64,000 bases of DNA from Thelocarpon superellum (taxonomy: Eukaryota). The stretch spans positions 1 through 64,000 of the forward strand of contig JAPEUG010000010.1 of NCBI GenBank assembly GCA_026025795.1. Reading direction: 5' to 3'. Under the pieces are notes generated by a model. It was not told the origin of the DNA. It did no database searches and saw nothing but the letters and a program-made list of their open reading frames with translations. The translations under genes were made by a program, and so were the position numbers. Of the stretch, positions 59,628 through 64,000 are shown in pieces (the stretch's first letter is position 1; each line of letters opens with the position of its first letter).

Positions 59628-60555
59628 GTCATGAGAAGAGGATGATGTGAGCAAACGAGCCGGTCTGGCCCGAGGCCGGCAGCAGAGTTCTGTGCCAGCC
59701 GGGAGGTGCCGACACCACCGAAACTCTGGCGCAGACTTTCGCTAGCCGCCTCGGCCCATTGCTGAATCCGCTCGAGCTTGGGGGCTCCATCCCTAGAGAC
59801 TTTGATTTTGGCTTCACGTTGCGCATGATCGTGATTCTTCTCCTCGCGGTGATACCATGTGTTTCCGACAAGCTTTTTCCGTCGTTGTTGGCCCCTACGT
59901 TCTAGCACTTCATTTCCTGAGTCGGTAATCATCATATGTGCGACGAGACTCTCGCGTGACGAGATGATTCATGACGAGGATGTCTGCTGGCGCGTCATGA
60001 CCTGATTCGTGCAATATCGAAAAGCATCTGAGAAGGAAGAAATCACGTTGGAGAAATTTCTTTCAAGACCTGCAAAGAGCCTGATCCTGCCGTAAAATCC
60101 CATCGTCCCGAGAACCACGAATTGGGCAAACGCCAGATGCAACAGCCCTGACACAATCCACAATGACAGGTTGGTCCTCGGCTTTGATATAGGGGGATGC
60201 TGATTGGAAGCGCGCGACTCGCCGGCTTCACTCGTACAACGCACCCGCATATCACGGGGTAACCCCGGCCCAATCACAGTGCCTGGCGCGGCCCATGCGG
60301 TCAGTGAGGCTGATGGTCCACTGTTGCCCATGGCTGCCTAAGCTGGAATACCGCGCACTCAGCTGCACGAAATGGGAACGTCTTGTAAGTAGACGGTGGT
60401 GGTAATGGTGGTGCGGGAGGTGCTGGCAGGGCTGGTACTGCGGGAATGTCTCCGCCAGCTCATCCGCTGCATTTGTCATCGGGCAAGCGCCCGGCGGAGC
60501 CGCATGGCACGAGATGGAACGAGTACGGTACATGGCTGTGTGGGCACTCTGAGAG

Positions 60556-60589
60556 GTACGAGTACGAGTACGTGTACGTGTACGAGTAC
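60556..60589. repeat. (GTACGA/GTACGT)n hexamer repeat
   Basis: Read directly from the sequence; ~5.7 units. Confidence 0.85.
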
Positions 60590-62482
60590 CTAGACGAATA
60601 CTTTCCGGAAAGATAGGGCCCGTGGCCGAATCGTGGCGAGACAAGCTGCCTCACGCACCTTCTACCCAGTCTCCAGTAGCAAAGCCGGTCAACATTCAGC
60701 ATCCGGATACAGTTCGTCCTCGTCTCATCCCGTACCATGCTGCCCACGCACGATTCACGTTGCATGCGGATGGGCGTGGGCTTGGACATGGACGAATCAA
60801 GCCACGGCTGTCCGCGTCATCTGCACTCCTCAGGGCGTCTACTTGTGCGAGGTGAGGGAGAGAATGACAAGTGCCGCCCCCAAGAACGAGCTGCATGGCT
60901 ACACCTCGGCCCAATCAACACGGACCAACTCGCGGCCCTGAGCTGTTGCCTGTCGCGTTGTCGTCCGTCGCCCCACTTCGAGAACTATCCCGTTACTACC
61001 ATATCATACTCGAGAACATTTGATGTTCTTCGCGCGTTCGTCCGGCATCCGCCCGACGCTTACCTTCGGCCACGTTTTCCCAGGCCGCGCAAAGATTGCA
61101 CCCTCGGTGGACGGCATGATCTCGACTCGTCGCCCTGGGCGCCACGCTCGCTTGCCTTGGTGTGCATTAACGAGTGGCGTGGTCGGGTCTCCTCGGACCG
61201 CCGCACAGCGGCACGGCAGCGGTCGCGCCGCAGTGCCGCTGCATGGTCAAGTCTGCCAACCCCGACCACCTGGAATGAGAGCGGCCGTGGATCCGCCCAT
61301 CCACGTTGATCGCGACCGATCTGGCCCAGGACTCCAGGGCCCGCGACCGATCCAGACCACGCGTCAGGATGCGAGGACATGGGTTGGCGTAACTACGCTC
61401 GTCGACGTCCAGATTGGGAACGTGACTCCGCGGTGATTACGCCCTGCTCCAACTTTGGACGTGCCTGGACGCGGGGCCGGGGTAGATTCCGCGGGGCGTC
61501 GATGTAGTGCGCCCGCGACTCGTGGGTCCAACCACCTGTCATATTTATTGCTTTGGGCTTGGGCGCCGGTGGCGTGGCTTGATTACCGATATGGGTAGGG
61601 ACGGGTACAGGCGTGGGTGCGGGGAGCAACCTGGCGCCGGCCCCCCAGCGTGGGAACGAAGGGTTGGGGGCGAGGACAAGGGGAGACGAGGAAGCCAAAG
61701 TAACGCTGCTGGCGACCCGTTTGGGATAGCAACCGGCGTGGTCGGTGGTGGGTCTGGATTTTGGCAGCGGCACTAGAGCAGCTAGACCGCGGCGTGATCT
61801 GCCTGACCGGTCGGGCACTCCGGTCGCCAGTAAGCGAGCGAAGCAGCGTCCGGTGGGAGGACGAGGGTGACGCGTGGGGATGTGGACAAGCGGCGAACGC
61901 TGCTGCCAGGGCGAGGACCAGGACCACCGGGTCCACTAGCGAACGATGCTTGGTGGATTGGGCGGGACGACGCGACCAAAGGCCGTGGGGCTCGCGTCCC
62001 CCTGGCCGCGCACCTCCAGACCCTGGGTCAATCCTGCACGGGGCGTCGAGACACACACGGAGACCGCAAAAGCAAAAGCCAACTGCGAGGACATCATGGT
62101 GATTGGATCTGCGTGGACAGGCACCCGCCCTGCTGCCCACCGCTCCACCCGACCCACTCCATTCGGGCGTGGGCCTCGCCGACGACGGCCTACCCTCCAA
62201 CCGCACCACAGCGGGGGACCTTTGACGGGCGCAATGCCTGCCGGCCAGGTCTACAACCCCGGACCGCCTCTACCGGGCCCTGATTCCCTGATCAGAGGAT
62301 CGATCGCGATGCACGTCTTTGACGTGGCGGAGCTGCCTCGAATTTACCAGCACCAATCCGCGATGGCTGCCCTCCCACCCTCTGCCACGGCAGCGCCTCG
62401 GCCACAGACAATGGGCGCGCCAACGCAAAATGCATCGTCGGCCTGAGTATACGGAGGGGTAGGGGATGCGCACTCGCGTCTT

Positions 62483-62515
62483 GCTCCTCGCTCCTCGCTC
62501 CTCGCTCCTTGCTCC
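62483..62515. repeat. (GCTCCTC)n heptamer repeat
   Basis: Three perfect copies plus two imperfect or partial copies. Confidence 0.85.
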
Positions 62516-64000
62516 AGACACTGTGCTTCTGGCCCCTCCACCCCTCCCTCGCGCTCTCCCTCGCGCCCTCCATCCCCGTCACTTCCGATCCTCCCTCACC
62601 CCCCCCCCTTCCCCCACCCAACACTGCCCGGGCGAAGCGAGCGCCAGGGTCTCGTGTGGGCTCCCGCGGTCTCCGCCGTCGGGACTAGTCGATGAACATG
62701 CAGATTTCCCTACTTAGGCGCCAGTTTAGGCCCATGGCGTGTGTGATGGCACACTATTGGCTCCGCTCTGCTCTTGCCTAGCCCGACTTCTGCGCGTGGC
62801 TTGTGTGCGGCTCTGCGGCCCTCGCAGTGCAGCCACTCGCCCGCCGGATGCCGAATCCGGTGTATCGGATCCACGGGCCCAGGGAATGATGCAGCCATGG
62901 ATCTCTGGGCCTATGGACCCAGAGCCCCAGGCCCATGTGATGAGGTGAGATGGCGCACCTCGTACCATCCGAGTACGCCTCTTCGGAGAAAGTGCGTTGG
63001 CCGCCAACGTGCTCCGCAGGTCCCCCGCTGCGGTGATAAAGGAGCCTGGGCCGGACTTTGCCATGTTTTGGTCCTCTGAGTGCGCAGAGCTACGGGCAAA
63101 TTCTATGATTCAGGCGCTGAGACATCTCCACCTTGCTGTGCTCGTTCGCTCGCTCTCTGCGCGTCCTCGGTGCTCTCGTGTCTGAGCTCGGGTTGGTGCT
63201 GGTGCTCTCAATCGCCCACCCCACCGTTGCTATCTCGCGCGTGGTGTCTCCGTCGACTTGATCTCGTGCAGCGGTCGTGCGCCTGACGAGACATTGAGCG
63301 CAACGGGTAAGACGTCCGTTGTTTCCCTCATTTCCCTCAATTGACCCCGCATTTCCCAAATCCCGTCCGGCCGCTGACGATGTGCAGGAGCCGTTGCGCC
63401 ATCTACCACCCGAGCAGTCGCCGCGTGCATTGTCGCCAGCATACAAGCTCGGCCAAGGCTATGGAATCATCGTCCACCCAGCTGTTCAGCGATCTTCCCG
63501 GCGTGCCCATGGATGACTACGGTCCACCGGAGCCGGGCCCATGCCCGTGTCCAGAATGGGGAGATGACCGTGGGACAAATTGGAGTCCACTCAATCCGGG
63601 ACATGATCATTCCTCCTTTGCAGGAGTATCGTTTGCTCGTCCTCCGGTCCAAGAATTCGACAGTCTGCACCGCTTTCTGGCCGGCCAGGAAAAAGTGTCG
63701 TGGTCGGCCATCTTCCCGCCCGGTGGACACTTAGAAACGCCCACGTACAAGGCGGACTTCGAGCATCCACCTCCCCACGACCGTTACACGGTCATCGATG
63801 CTCTCCCCTTCTTCCATGGACGGTATCGCGAAGGATCGCCACCTTCCTGGCATGAAGACCAATCCTCACTCGAAAAAAGCCCCTCCTCCACCGGTAGCGT
63901 GTGGAGCCCGGCCACGAGTGAAGGAGATTGGGCTCACAGTAGGTACTGCCAGATGCCGGAGCATCAAGCCACGGGTCCCTCATTTCTGCCCTTGGGATAC

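Noticed and set aside
59549..59935. 128-aa minus-strand ORF
   Set aside because: It overlaps the last exon of the C2H2 gene and has no recognisable homology.
61946..62446. 166-aa plus-strand ORF near the window end
   Set aside because: Low-complexity P/R/G/A composition typical of GC-rich non-coding DNA. I cannot support it, though a lineage-specific gene is not excluded.

Overview
Fungal (Pezizomycotina-type ascomycete) genomic DNA, GC-rich, with short GT-AG introns carrying CTRAC/TTGAC branch points. I can support about 13 protein-coding genes: a proteinase-K-type subtilisin, a PTH11-like membrane receptor, a small secreted protein, a laccase, a conserved hypothetical protein, a KLAP1-like zinc-finger protein, a Pro/Ser-rich hypothetical, a PI-phospholipase C, another conserved hypothetical, a three-exon CYSTM peptide missed by the ORF track, a VIT-vWA protein and two C2H2 transcription factors. 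A further secreted protein built from two 6-Cys domains lies between the two transcription factors. I see no rRNA, tRNA, transposase or CRISPR. The most unusual feature sits in a ~10 kb gene-poor stretch. It is a diverged tandem array of ~165-nt units at ~32.28-32.86 kb, in which short motifs recur at nearly fixed offsets. The sequence between them is unrelated but can fold into equivalent stems. This is the pattern expected of a multi-unit structured non-coding RNA that I cannot assign to a known family. Exon boundaries and base pairings were derived by eye and need RNA-seq and covariance-model confirmation.
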